A DNA stretch of 60,256 nucleotides from Hydrurus foetidus (lineage: Eukaryota). The stretch spans positions 1 to 60,256 of the forward strand of contig UYFQ01000614.1 of the NCBI GenBank assembly GCA_900617105.1, read 5' to 3'. Shown in pieces: positions 10,113-22,396 of the stretch. Each line of letters opens with the position of its first letter. Position 1 is the stretch's first letter. The notes beneath the pieces were generated by a model. That model did no database searches. It was not told the origin of the DNA and saw only the letters and a list, made by a program, of their open reading frames with translations. The position numbers and the translations under genes were made by a program.

Positions 10113-10203
10113 ATGTACACAGCTCAGTGGTAGAGCGCCCACTCTTCACACCCCATATTAGCGCGCCAAGAAGTCTGCGGTTCAAACCCAGCTTTTTCAT
10201 CCA
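10113..10203 (+). ncRNA. tRNA-like / Pol III type-2 promoter unit inside the Gypsy element
   Basis: D-arm AGCTCAGTGGTAGAGCG (10121-10137), B-box GGTTCAAACCC (10179-10189), TTTTT (10193-10197) and CCA (10201-10203). The anticodon and acceptor stems do not pair properly, so this is not a canonical tRNA. Confidence 0.5.
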
Positions 10204-10343
10204 CTTATCGTTTTCGCACTTACTGCACTATGTAGCTTCTTTAGCGGTACATTTCTTCATGCGAACTCTCAGAGATGTAGCAGAAGACTTTGTATTTGTT
10301 TAATTGACATCCACAATTTGACATTTCACCTGGAGAGGGGTGG

Positions 10344-10652
10344 TGTTATACTTTCCACTATGTATATATCACACGTACGTACGCACGTTGCTCACAACCA
10401 CAAGTTTTTCATTCCAGTTTTCTGTTTCTGATTCTTGGATTGCTTCAATTCGTGATGCACTCGTTGCCTGTCAATCTCACTCACTTTTCATCGCTTTAAA
10501 ACTTTAACTGAAACACCTATACCGATACGGCTTCTCTTAGCCATCTCCGCTATTCTGGACTGACTTTCTTGTCAGCTAGAAGATCTTCGTCTCCTGCTTT
10601 CTTGCAGAACGAATCACCGCTTTTCGTCACTTCACGACGTGCAACCGGCATA
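10344..10652 (+). repeat. Gypsy 3' LTR
   Basis: TGTTATAC...CCGGCATA; preceded by the PPT and followed by TSD GTGC. Confidence 0.95.
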
Positions 10653-12369
10653 GTGCTGATGAGACTGAATAAATATTTGACTATCATATTAGTTAGCATT
10701 GACAAGTCTTATCAGAAGTATGTAAATGAAAAAGGAACAGTAGTAGTTAAACTTAAGAAAGCATTATATGGATGTGTAGAGTCAGCTAAGATATGGTATG
10801 ATAAAATATCATCAGATTTAACACAGCTAGGCTATAAGGTAAATCCATCAGGTATATGCGTATTCAATAGGACTGAGCTAGATTCTACTCAGACTACTTT
10901 AGTTATCCATGTTGACGATATGATGATCAACAGTAGGGATGAGAAGCGTATAGATAGTATAATTTCAGAGATAGAAAAACTATACCCAGGCTTAACTAAG
11001 AGTAGAGGTAAAGTGTTGAATTATATAGGTATGACTTTTAACTTTGAGCAGTTAGGCAGAGTTATCATATCCATGGAAGGTTTCATAAAAGACTTGTTAG
11101 ACGATTGCATAGAGATTGTGGGGGTGTCTAGAACACCTGCCGACGATAATCTATTTAAGATCGATCTTAACAGTCCTTTACTGAAAGATAAAGAACGTGA
11201 GAGATTCCACTCTCTAACAGCTAAGTTGTTATATTTAAGTAAGAGAACCAGACCAGACATACTGACATGTATAGCATATCTAACTAAAAGAGTCTTAGAA
11301 CCCAGAATCGACGAGTGGAATAAGTTAGCGCATACTATACGGTATATTAGAGAGACTAGAGCTACGCCGCTGACCCTAGAGGTAGATACTCCTGTTAAGG
11401 TTATAGCCTATATAGATGCATCATACGCTGTACATGCAGATAAGAAGAGTCACACTGGCTGTATTATAACACTAGGTAAGGGAGCAATATATGGTACGAG
11501 TTCGACTCAGAAATTAAATATCACGTCTAGCACAGAGGCAGAATTAGTAGCTATGACTGAAGCAGGTAATCAGGTTTTATGGACTAGGAATTTCCTTATC
11601 CATCAAGAGTATGAGGTAGGTCCAGCTTTAATTTACCAAGATAACCTATCCACAATTCAGTTAGTTAAGAACGGTAGGTCCAACAGTGGGAGAACTAGAC
11701 ACATAGACATCAAGTTTTTCTTCCTGCATGACCGAATTAAATCAGACCATATTATTGTAGCCTACAAGAGTACCAAAGAAATGATTGCAGATTTGCTGAC
11801 CAAGCCACTGCAGGGGAAGCTATTCCAAGAGCTACGTGACCAAGTGCTCAATGTATAAAGAAATTCAGGGGAGTTATTTATTGATTTTGACTTACCCACA
11901 TATAGCGCTTTTTCCAGATAAATTACAAAATAAAAATAAAAATCTGATTTCGCTTTAAATCAACATTTGTTTGATAGGACCGCGAGGGACATCGATAGAC
12001 CGCTTTTGCGACATCGAATGTCGATGTTTTAGTGGATTTAAGGGCACCAACATCGGTTGGATCGAACTCGAGACCGGTCACCAGCTGACGCTGTTTTGAC
12101 GGTTTAGAAATAGTTTTTCTTGAATAATACCTATCCACTCATCCAACCACCCATGTTTTATTTTACACCATATCACGACGAAACTTGTCAATATTAAAAA
12201 ATTCCGTGAAAAATATTTTTAAGAAAATTTACTGTTTACCATACCCTAACACTAAGTTCCCTATCTGAGTGTTGTGTGAAACATTATGAACAATAACCAA
12301 TAAGTATACTATAAAAGCATATGCTAATTAACATATTCACTTATTCAAACAATAACCATCATGGGGGTG

Positions 12370-12748
12370 TGTTGGGATATCCGGATTGGACTAGGATCTT
12401 GTACCCTGTGTGATGTATGATTGTTTTCATGCACGGGTGTACGTACATTCAGCGATAACATTGACCGTAACCCTCGCACTCATGTTATGCTACCTAGATG
12501 TAATCGACAGCATGTTACTGTCGTTTAATCCAACTTACCGAATAGAACGTCTTCTTCTCTTTTGAGCGAGCGTTGCTACGTAGCAGTCGGAAGTGCAGGG
12601 GATCGTTTGGGAACTCGGAAGAAATTCCGTCTAAATCGCCCAGATTTTCCGAAATAATCCAATTTTGGTAGACTTCCACTGTGTACACAAGGACCGGCCT
12701 AATACCATCCCGATCTGTAGCTTTCTTCAGTCCTAACCAAATCAAACA
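12370..12748 (+). repeat. Probable 3' LTR of Copia B
   Basis: PPT-like GGGGGTG precedes TGTTGGGAT at 12370, the same PPT/LTR junction pattern as Copia A and C. The end at AATCAAACA (12748) is tentative because there is no second copy. Confidence 0.55.
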
Positions 12749-12817
12749 CTGAGACTTCTAACGTTCAAAAATTTCTCCAAGCCTGCATGTAGGGGTAAAT
12801 GGCAAAAAATTGTAATC

Positions 12818-15800
12818 ATGATGATTGACGCCAACACAAATGCGACGCCAGCAACCAACGAGACTTACCATCTCGAAATATTTGGGCAATTTTTGAATTT
12901 GAACAATTTCCAGGGAACGCTTTTCGCCCCAACTCGCGGAAAAGTTGCTGTAGCAAATGACAGCTACTTGATCATCTCGGACGGCCTCCGAATGGATAGA
13001 GATTCAGCTGCATATTCAGATGTCACTGATATTAATACGCTAATAGAGTTCAGCGAGTTTTCGGGAAAGCCAACAGCACTATCATGGATTTCCGAGACTT
13101 TGATATGCGTCGGATACGATACGGGAACAGTTGCATGTTTCGATACTCTTGGAAATCTTGTATTCGAAAGAAAGTTCGCGGGTTCTGCTGTTCAAGCCGT
13201 GAGGATGTCAGACGAGAATTCCGCTCTTGACGCTGGCCGTGCGGGTTGCTTGTGGATAATGCATGCAAGGGGGCGCCTGATTTCGGTATCAACCGCTACT
13301 GCTGACTATAACAAAAGGCTTCAATGACATGACATTTAATTTCCTTGCTCTCGCTCAGGTTCCTTTTGAATCGATCACCACCGGATGCGGCGACGATTGC
13401 GCTTCCTTCAAGTTCGTAGAGAATGTGGTCAATGTTAGTGACTTTGTAGTGCCTCCTTTTATTTATCGACGCGGCGTCTTTGACTTGGATGGATCCTTAG
13501 ATGCCACCTATTCTTTGCTTGTAGCGTCTGATTCCGATGCAACTCTGTCCCTGTACAACATTGGGGGCAAGCAGCAGTTTCAGCACTTAGGTAAATTGGG
13601 TAGTTACGTGAAGACTCAGGTAACTTCTGCGATATCAAAGACATTTCAAAACATTTTTAGCTTTGGAAGTGCCTCTCCTTTGAAAGTCAAAGGCGCTCTC
13701 GACAAGCCCCCCACCACTGTGGCTCTTGCGTCCCTCATAGACTTCGAGGATTCAAAACGGAAAGTGCTCAGAATGCGCTTGGACCCATTTGGATCCCTCG
13801 TTGCTGCTTCAGACAACCTAGGTCGTGTAACCTTGTACGATTTGCGGCTGAACGTGGTCATTCGATTGTGGAAGGGGGTCAGGGACGCTCGACTGGCTTG
13901 GAGCTGCAGTGAGAGGGAATCCTCAACATACCTCTCCTTAGCGATATACGCGCCACAATTGGGTTTACTATCATTCTATGGCATGCGGCACGGCCCTTGC
14001 CTCCGCATTGTGCCCATCCCTTCTGGGGCCCAGTGCCAGATATACACCACCGTGTACCCACCCAAATACCCTCACCAAAAGTACGTATTAATTCGAATTT
14101 AAGATATCATCCATCATATCACCAGGAAAAATGTAACATAAAATGTATGAATCACTTGTCGCCAACTGTAGGCACTCGCACCGGCTTGCAACATGCTGTC
14201 TAGCGCGCGGAATGGATGGTAGTGCGCACGACTCAAGTGACGATGAGGCGACAGCGGTGCCAGGGAGTCCGATTGCATCGGAGCCGCATACCATGAAGAT
14301 AAAAGTTATCGTTCTTGACCCGTATGTGCATCAACCTGGTGACCTGGATCCATGTGCATGTACTGCCGGTGCTGGAGCTGGTGTGCGTCAAGAGGACGAA
14401 AAGCCCGCCTCACACTCCACTGGATCGCTTTCCGGCAATGCATTGGATGAGGATGCGTTTCTAACCGAGAAGATCTCACCATCTTTGCCGGTCGAGAGGT
14501 ACGGGATCACTGCGACATCACTTCCTAACGGCTCGTCTGGACCCGACACAGGTCTCGGCAGCAGCCCCTTCCCTGAAGACACACTCTCACTAGGCGACAA
14601 ATACCTTCCACTTCCCCTCCCCCTCTCTTTCCCTCTCTTTCGTCCCCTCTCACCTCCGATGTCTACCACTCGTGGGTCCGAAGATATCGTGAAAACATTT
14701 AGGACCTTCCTCGCAGGAATGAGTCAAGGTCTGGATCTCGGTGTGGGTGCAGGGGAGCGACAAGTGAAAACTGAGGAGTCTCCTGCCTTCAATAAACCGG
14801 ATGAAGACACCCTTCATTACAGAGTGGCAGACTCTGAAAGCTACCTCCTTTCCCTCTTGTCAAGTCTGTCTTCGCTTGACGCTCTGGTGGAGTGCAGCAT
14901 GATGGTGGAGAACCTCGAGCTCACGGGTCATCCTGTGCTTGAACAAAACGGACTGAGCAGGGAGGTCAGCAACACTTTCTCCTTCTCGATCGCCTTTCAC
15001 CGCAGCATCCATCAGACAGTGACTTCAGTCATGGCGAGACAGAGTTCTGCATCAACCCGATCGCTTGATGTCCTTGGAGCCGAGATAGCTTGGAGGGGTC
15101 GGTTGCTAGACGCATACGCGGCTCTGGCGGAGAGGGACCGATGGGCGCCCCCTCCCTCCTCGTCAGATGAGCAGCTGGATGCAGCCGCCGAGCATCCCGT
15201 GAGTCACTATAGCTCTCTGAACACTTCGAGGGCGGAGGCGCTCAGCTGGCTGCACTCCTCCATGAGACAGAGCCAGAGAGAGAGGCAGAGCGGCTTGAAA
15301 GCTGCAGCCGACAAAGAACAGACCTCGCACCGCCCATCTATTTCTTTCACGCTGTTTCGCGCCCTAAATAGAACAACACATCTGCACAGCAAAAAGCTGA
15401 GTAGCGTGTCTGCTGCTGCATCTGATGGACAGTCCGCTGCTCCTGCTGTTAGTGTGACGTATGCGCTACGGAAGCTGCTGGACCTTGGACCCGATTCCGA
15501 GATGGCCACCCTCGAGGTCGATAATTCAGGAATCTACAGCAGTATCGTTCGGAGAGGAGCTGTGGAGCAAGTTGGAGTCGCCGCCAACATTGCACTGCCT
15601 TCATCCGTGCGCTGCGAAGTGTTCGACTTTTTTTCTTCTCCGCTCCTAGCAAGGGACGTGTTCGGTCTCCAGAACTATTCCTCCGCACTGGAGACCATCG
15701 GACTGACCTGCTCTTCCCGCATGCAGCTTGTACTCTCTTGTGCTGCTGTGCACCTCCAATCAGTCAGCAAGAAGGCACTAGTCATCGTCCTCATGTCGGA

Positions 15801-18800
15801 CGTGTCGTCATCGCCTCTACAGAGGTGTCCCTTGCCCTCATGAGAGTGACGCACTGTAATGCACTTGATGGCTCTACTTGTATTCATATATCTCACCCGT
15901 AACATCTCCCCGTATCCTACTTCCTGCTTGTTTCACTAGGTGGCTTCGCGACTCTCTGCTCAACCTCTTCGACGACTACTCAGCTCTCTCGAGCATTAGA
16001 GCCAAATCGGGCAACATGGACATTGACAACGACACGGACGACCCTGCAAGTGTCGCACTATCTCTCTCTCTCTCTCTCGGTGATGAAGTGAGTGCAGAGC
16101 CACCCAGTCCCATGACATCCAAAACCCGATGGTCCATATCCAATCTCGAGGACTCATTGCGGGAAATGTACGAATCAACTGCAGCCAGCAGGGGAACGGA
16201 CCCTGGACCGGACCTAGACCCTGATCAGGAACAAGGACAGGGGCTACCCTCCTTCGACACATTTGCAAGGTACCAACTATAATGCGTCATGCTTCTTTAT
16301 CCTCACCGCTAAGTGATGCATCAGAAACGAAGAGGTGGAAGGGCGGGAGAGATGGAGAGATTAATCGCCACTGACTGATTCTCTTCATCACTTCATCGCA
16401 GATACCTGTTGCGTCGTGCATGGGCAGCAGTACGCGGGTCCACTCACATGGTGCCCATGATGGCCCTGGTCGCGATGGTGAACGAGACCCTCTTGGCTGT
16501 GTCCGATCAGATAGAGCGCAGGTCGTATGGCACCTCGAACCTGAAGACGACTATGTGGGTATGGGAAAATCTATTCCGACAGCTGCGAGTGACGATGGTC
16601 CTCAACAACCACATGGACACTGTTGGAGAAGCTACCCTCGCTGCGAGCATCAAAGATTACAGTCACTTCGCCCGCAGCGATGATCCACGTCGCGGTCAAG
16701 CATCGCGATCGCCTTCGGTCTACCGAGTGCTCGCACTGGACTCCTTAAGCTTTGCAGATAGGGCGGAGGACTCAGTCGCTCATGAGAGTCAGTGCAAAGC
16801 CGTCTACTTGAAGAAGATGCAGCAAATAGAGCAGGCGTCCAAGGCGACATCGACATCACTGTCCAGGAAAGAGAAAGAGAGCGACAGCGTGGCCACCATG
16901 TGGGGCTCAAGTGCCGAATCCAATTGGCGCGAAATGCTGCCTCCAATTCCCTCAACACGCACTGGCCATGGAAGTGGAACGGGTCAGAACAAGAGGATGA
17001 GGGAAAAGGAGAGGGAGAGGGGGGGTGCGAGGCGCAGGCCGCTGCTGCTGCACTTCCCCCTCCACAACCAGCCAACCATACTGAGCGCCTATCGCGCCCT
17101 CGAGCTCAGCCAGAGGTGGGCTCTGAACACTCATCGAGTGGGACTGCTGAGGGCTGCGTGCGAACACATCGTAGAAGTGAGCAACGTCACTAAAGCAGCA
17201 GTGGCGGAGTTCATCATCAAGGAGAGTTTGCTGCGGGTCACGATGCTCCTCGTGCACCGCGATCAGACCCAGCAGCAGCCAACTGCGATCAGGGATGGCA
17301 TTGACGTCTGTGCTTTCTGCAGCGCTGCCATCGACCTTCTGCACATGGTGAGTGCGGGGTCTGCAGAGCTCCAACAGCAGCAGAGCAACACACCCCGTGT
17401 CCCTCCCCCAGCCAAACTGTTCGCATTGCCAGCTGATCAGACTGACCCTCTGCATCAACTCGAGGTGGAGAGCGCTGGGCCTATGTCCACGTGGCCCCCT
17501 GTCGAGGACTCATTCTTGGCAGATCTCGTGGTGATGTTCCACAGGAGAAGCGGATGCGACCTGCCTACGCTGCACCTGCACGAAGCAGTGTTCAGAGTGT
17601 TGCAGTTATGCCACATGCTGCGCCTAGACTCTGATTCCTCTCATCCCTCCTTGCATCAGCATAACAATGGTCATCATCATGGTCAGCAGTCCCGCACATC
17701 AGGATCAGCATCTAGGTCACACTGTAACCCCAATCCCAACCCTACCCCCAACCCCAGCACATGGGTGTCCCGGCTGTTCCAGTCCAGGGATCTTAATGCG
17801 CTTTGCCTCTCCCTCAACCACTGCGGGTCACAAACCGATGCATCGAGAGAAAGGTTTCCCGATTCAGCCCATCATAGCGAGAGATTGAATTTTCTGCGCA
17901 TCTGTTTTACGTCCACAGCTCTAGTGGGGGATTCGGGCGCAGATGACATAGCTGATTTGAACGACCCTGTGGGCAAAGCAACCAGTGCTGGCGAGGGCTG
18001 CATGCTGCTGTCCGACACATCCTCTGTGTCTTCGAGCGACATTCGCCTCAACACCACAACAGTTTGCTATGCACTGTCGGACCTTTGGGGTGTGAGTGTG
18101 CAGGTGTCGAGGATAATTCACCTCGAGTCTCTGTTGGACTTCGATAGAGCTAATCGAACACTAGAGCCCCTCCACCTTCCTCTCCCTCTCCATCCACATT
18201 CCCGCCATGACTTGAGCGGCAGCAGGGACATGGAGATCGAGAACCTTATCCCTCTGGTGAGCCCGTAACAGATCGTTTAATTGATTCGCAATCACTCCAC
18301 CGACCGGATGCTACTCTCAACTGATCAACATGTAGTCATCTTGTCAGTCAGTTAATTTTTCATCTTGTCAACATTTTCTCCATTCCCTTTAATTTATCCT
18401 AGATCGCCAACTGCGCTCTGGTCATTAGGAAATTGATCAGCTCTCTGAGACGCAGGATAGGCAGGGCAGTGCGCATGATGGAAGGGCTGTCTTGCTACGG
18501 CCCCCTACTGGCCATCACTGACTCTGATGCAGTGACCTGGTGCCTGCACTGGGCTGACGAGAAAGCAAACACGGACATGGACATGGAATGGTCCAACACT
18601 CAGTCAGATGAGTTACCGTTGGAAAGAAAAATCACGCACAGAAGCCTCTCTGACGGCAACCGAGACAGCGACAGCAGCGGTACTGTGCGCTTGAGCTTTA
18701 ACCTGGGCTCGACGCGCAACCTCGTGGCACGCATCCACTCTTTGCTAGAGGCGGTCTCTGCGAGGGGGCAGAGAATGACGGACAGCGAAGTGCACTGCCA

Positions 18801-18846
18801 AGCGTTGCTGGCTCTCTGCGACATGCTTGCGAGCCTCAAGGCCTAA
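12818..18846 (+). CDS. RAB3GAP2: Rab3 GTPase-activating protein non-catalytic subunit, about 6 exons
   Basis: SDNLGRVTLYD..VIRLWKGVRDARLAW..LAIYAPQLGLL matches the RAB3GAP2 N-terminal signature. GT-AG introns at 13286-13358 and approximately 14081-14170, 15825-15939, 16270-16401 and 18257-18402 join the ORF pieces. Confidence 0.8.
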
Positions 18847-19749
18847 CCGACAAAGTCACGTACATACTGTACAGTTCCAGTCTCCACACCGGGTAGACAT
18901 CTCTGCTGCAGCACACCCGTAGACGCCACGCACACATTTACATAGTATGAATTACATTAGATAAGCTCCCCCTGTCTGTCTGCACAGTTGAGGTGGACGC
19001 CGCTGTGACTGTTTCCTCGGCGATGCTGTGCAGCACACTCACACACGTACACGTACATACATCGAATGCAAATATTTTGTTAATCCTTCTCCATTCACTA
19101 GAATTGAGATTTCCATCATTCCGTTTGCTTTTCTTGCCTCTGCGCAAAACCAAGTCGACAGTTCGGAGTCATCAGACCGAATTCACAGTACAGTACCGTA
19201 TGCTATGTCCTGTCCTGGTGATGCACAGTGCGGTGCGGACCTTAGATGTGCACCCTCAAGTGCAGTGCAGTGCAGTACATTCTATCGTACTACATTCCAT
19301 CCAACAGATCCATGACCGCGAATGCTCGAACGGTTTGAGGTCGCGGTGGGGATCACTTCATCATTATGTGGGAGATAGTCACGGTTACGTGAAGGAAGTA
19401 GGTACGCAACTCAGAGTCGTTCGGACTCTGAGCTGAAAGCCGAAGTGGTCACGACAGAGCGATCAATGAATGCATTCTTTTTGAGCAAAAGTGCACTCAC
19501 AATCTAAACAGATTGGAATGAGTGGGTCGACACAACACAATAGAACATAATGTAAAACGGTTGAGACGCAGCAGGGCGGAATGCGACAGAAAAGAGAATG
19601 AAACTGCACTCTCATGAATATGCTAAATTGTGACTAGCCACTACAAGACTTGATTGCAAGGATGAGAGGAGAAGTAGTAGTGGTAGGTGCCAGACACAGA
19701 CATGCTTTGCTGCACTGCACTGCACAGCACTGCTGCACGTCATTTCAGG

Positions 19750-22051
19750 TCATGATGTGTTGCTAAGACGGTTGTGAGATTTACTTATTCTGCACCCGCT
19801 GCTGAAGCCATACCTCGAATCATCGTGTGTGTCCCCGTCTCCGTCATCATCAATGTCCATGTCCATGCTCATAAGAGTGTGAGTGTGCATGTTCGCGCCT
19901 CCCAGTCCATCGGATGGCGTGAAACCCATCGCCCCCTCTGAGACGAAGAAAGCAGGTTCCGAGTTATGTTTCTCTCTGTCTCTCTCTCTATCCTTGCCTT
20001 TAGTGTGGTGCGTGTCTCTCCTCGGCTTGGGCTCGTTGAGCTTCGCGAAGAGCACCCTGAGCACCAACTCTTTGTCGGACCAGCTGAGGTCTTTGATGCA
20101 CACGCTGCTCCTGTCCCTCTCCCTCTCTCTAGCTCCTCCTCCAGGTATAAGGCAGCTCTCCCCAGTATCCATGTCCTTGTCCCTGTCTTTGTGCTGCCCC
20201 TCTTGAGCATCCCTCTTGGTCTCCCTCTTGAGGAGGGCGGGTAGACTCAGCATGGAGGAGGACAGCTTGTTCGCCCTTCTTCTCTGACTGGTGCTCGACA
20301 GCTTCTTCTCGTCATCCGCTCCATCCTCCGCCTTCCTTTCCAAGCGTATCGCATCCTTCACCTGAATTTCAAAGAGCATTGGTGAGTCTAAATCATTTCT
20401 AGTATGACCCGTATCGTGACGGTCAGGAGGATGTGCTGCTCTGCTCTGCTCTGTGCACTCTGAAGACTGTGTTACGCCTCGTCTCTTCTCTTCTCTTTCC
20501 ATTAATTGTTATGATTAGTTCCAACTCTTGACCGATGAATTTCAACATCAACATCAGTACGAACCCACACACGGCACTGACAATATTGGCAGTACACTTC
20601 ACCTCGTTGAGCGCCTCCATGAAGAAGAGTTCCGTCTCGGACCTCTGACCCAGGATCCCTGTTGCGAGTGACGTCATGTGCCGCAGCTCCTGGTTCTTGA
20701 TCTTCAACAGACGCCTCAGACCTGAGGGGAAGGGAGGGGTAGAGGCATGTAATGAAGGGCAAACAGTCGATTCACAAGCTTTCACATATTTTAGAGGATA
20801 GGTTGTACTGAGAGATGTCATGTCTTGCCATGCCATGTCATGTCATGCCATGCAGCATGCGGTACCTGCCGAGTCCACTGAGGCCTCTTCCAGATCCTTG
20901 CTCACAGTGTTCTTCAGATCGCGAGCCTGCGCTCTGAACCTGTCTTGATTGGAGGAATGCTGCTCCTGAAGCACCTCGACCCTTCACTCGAATGAGAGGG
21001 AGGCAAGGATACGGTGGGTGAGTCAGTCAGTGAGTTAGATTTGGGAGTTGTCGAGAGTACTGAGCACTATCAGACCAACGCCATTACCTTCTCCTGAGTG
21101 AGGCTATCTCCTTCGTCTTATAGTGGGACTGTCTGGCGTAGTCCAGCTCTTTGTCGGTAAGGATTTCGACTTCTCTGGTAGCGGACTGGAGATTCAGCTG
21201 GAGCGCAGTCTGTGCTGGTTTGATGCAATAAAGCGTATGAGTCGCACATTCTGTTTTCAAAACAAGGGTGCGCCAGAATGCTAATATACAATTCCACGAT
21301 TAAGTGTCCACACCTTCTCCGCCTCTATGTCTGCAGTCATCGTATGAAGAAATTTCAGCTCCTCGTACATGCGGTTGTTATCAGCCAGAATCTTAATTGC
21401 CTCGGCTCCCATAGCCTCCCTAGCTTCAGTCAAAGCTATGTCGCGAAGAACTTCTTTCCGCCTGTCAAGGTCTTTGAATATGTGGGCCTTTTCTTCAAAG
21501 AAGTTTCTCTCTTGGGTCTCCAAGGCCTGAATCTTTGAGGCTTCTTCTTCCTTCAGTCGGAGCTCGAGACCGCGCAAGGTTTGATCGTATGTATCCCTAG
21601 CCTTTCTATAAGCTTCGAAAGTACTCAGATCGTTCTCAGTAGCAATCAGCTTTATTCGCAGATCAGATATGATGTGTTCTGTTCCGAGTCGCAGTTCTGC
21701 CAGATCTCCATCAAATTTGCTCTTTATCTTCTCAGCCTCGAATTTCAATTGAGTGTCGCGTTTGATGAGCTCCTCATTTAGTCTAGCTATGATCTCATCC
21801 TTTATTTCCATCTCACGCTTGAAGTATAAAGCAATCTCATGTGAATCCTTCTCGTTCTTTGAGGTACCATTACGGAGGGTGTTATTGCTTTTCAATAACT
21901 TTTCAATGCGATCACTCAATGCGTCAATTTTCTCGTGATCCAGTTGTCGTGCTATCTGGGATGATTTTGCAACTTTGTCTTCAGCTAATTTGTAAAGTTT
22001 CGCTGCGATTTTTTCATCAGCTATTTTAGCAAGCTTCAACTTTTCGGCCAT
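19750..22051 (-). CDS. BBOF1: Basal body orientation factor 1 / CCDC176-like coiled-coil protein, multi-exon
   Basis: Coiled-coil first exon (EKDSHEIALYFKREM), then QRSETELFFMEALNEVK and IKDLSWSDKELVLRVLFAKLN, which resemble the conserved BBOF1 blocks. About 5 exons. Confidence 0.75.
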
Positions 22052-22396
22052 CGAAAGTTAGAATTTCAGCACAATCTCGACTGCAAGAGTTGGTGATGAC
22101 TCTACGAGCTCACCGATGCTTACGCCACAGATTTCTGAACAAGTCCTGAGCAGTTGTTAGTTGTTAACTACAGAAAGCACGGACGCGCTGACCTGGAAGA
22201 GAAGGACACGAATCCTGTAACCGTCGCCCTTCGCGTGCTGTGAGCTGTGAGCTGTGAACTACTCAAGAGCTCTGATAATATCATTTTGTCAGTTTATCAT
22301 CCAACGATGAATGATTAGAGATCGAGAAGGCCCTGATCGGCCTCGTGGAAATTTCTCGGACGATATGCGGCAATATTGCCATTCTAACATGAGTCA

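Larger units (their letters stand above)
3150..10652 (+). mobile_element. Full-length chromodomain-bearing Ty3/Gypsy LTR retrotransposon
   Basis: Two 309-bp LTRs with one visible difference. TSD is GTGC (or AGTGC if the LTR ends 1 nt earlier). PPT GGAGAGGGGTGG at 10332-10343. Domain order is PR-RT-RH-IN-chromo. Confidence 0.97.
2758..12748 (+). mobile_element. 5'-truncated Ty1/Copia retrotransposon B, split by the Gypsy insertion
   Basis: RT N-half (KKELQQL, KSRFVAGG, SPTVS, IDFPGAFL) lies at about 2758-3149. The RT C-half and RNase H (KALYGCVESAKIW, IHVDD, YIDASY, SSTEAE, ADLLTKPL) lie at 10653-11858. Removing the Gypsy element and one TSD restores the in-frame reading DHAVLMRLNK. Confidence 0.9.

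Noticed and set aside
9982..10200. 72-aa antisense ORF as a second cargo gene
   Set aside because: Short, no recognisable motif, and it overlaps the tRNA-like unit on the opposite strand; cannot be supported.
10113..10203. Functional tRNA gene, or self-encoded primer for the Gypsy PBS
   Set aside because: Anticodon and acceptor stems do not form and T5 interrupts the 3' strand; complementarity to the PBS region is only about 6 bp.
10569..10652. N-terminus MSARRSSSPAF.. of the 429-aa ORF, and the 3375-3590 ORF
   Set aside because: LTR sequence read from a TTG; it is a chance in-frame fusion to Copia B RT created by the insertion.
562..12753. Copia A plus B as one composite mobile unit
   Set aside because: The LTRs are unrelated and the flanks (ATAAC vs CTGAG) are not a TSD.
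14388..20244. Numerous short overlapping and antisense ORFs over RAB3GAP2 and BBOF1
   Set aside because: Shadow frames of GC-rich, low-complexity exons.
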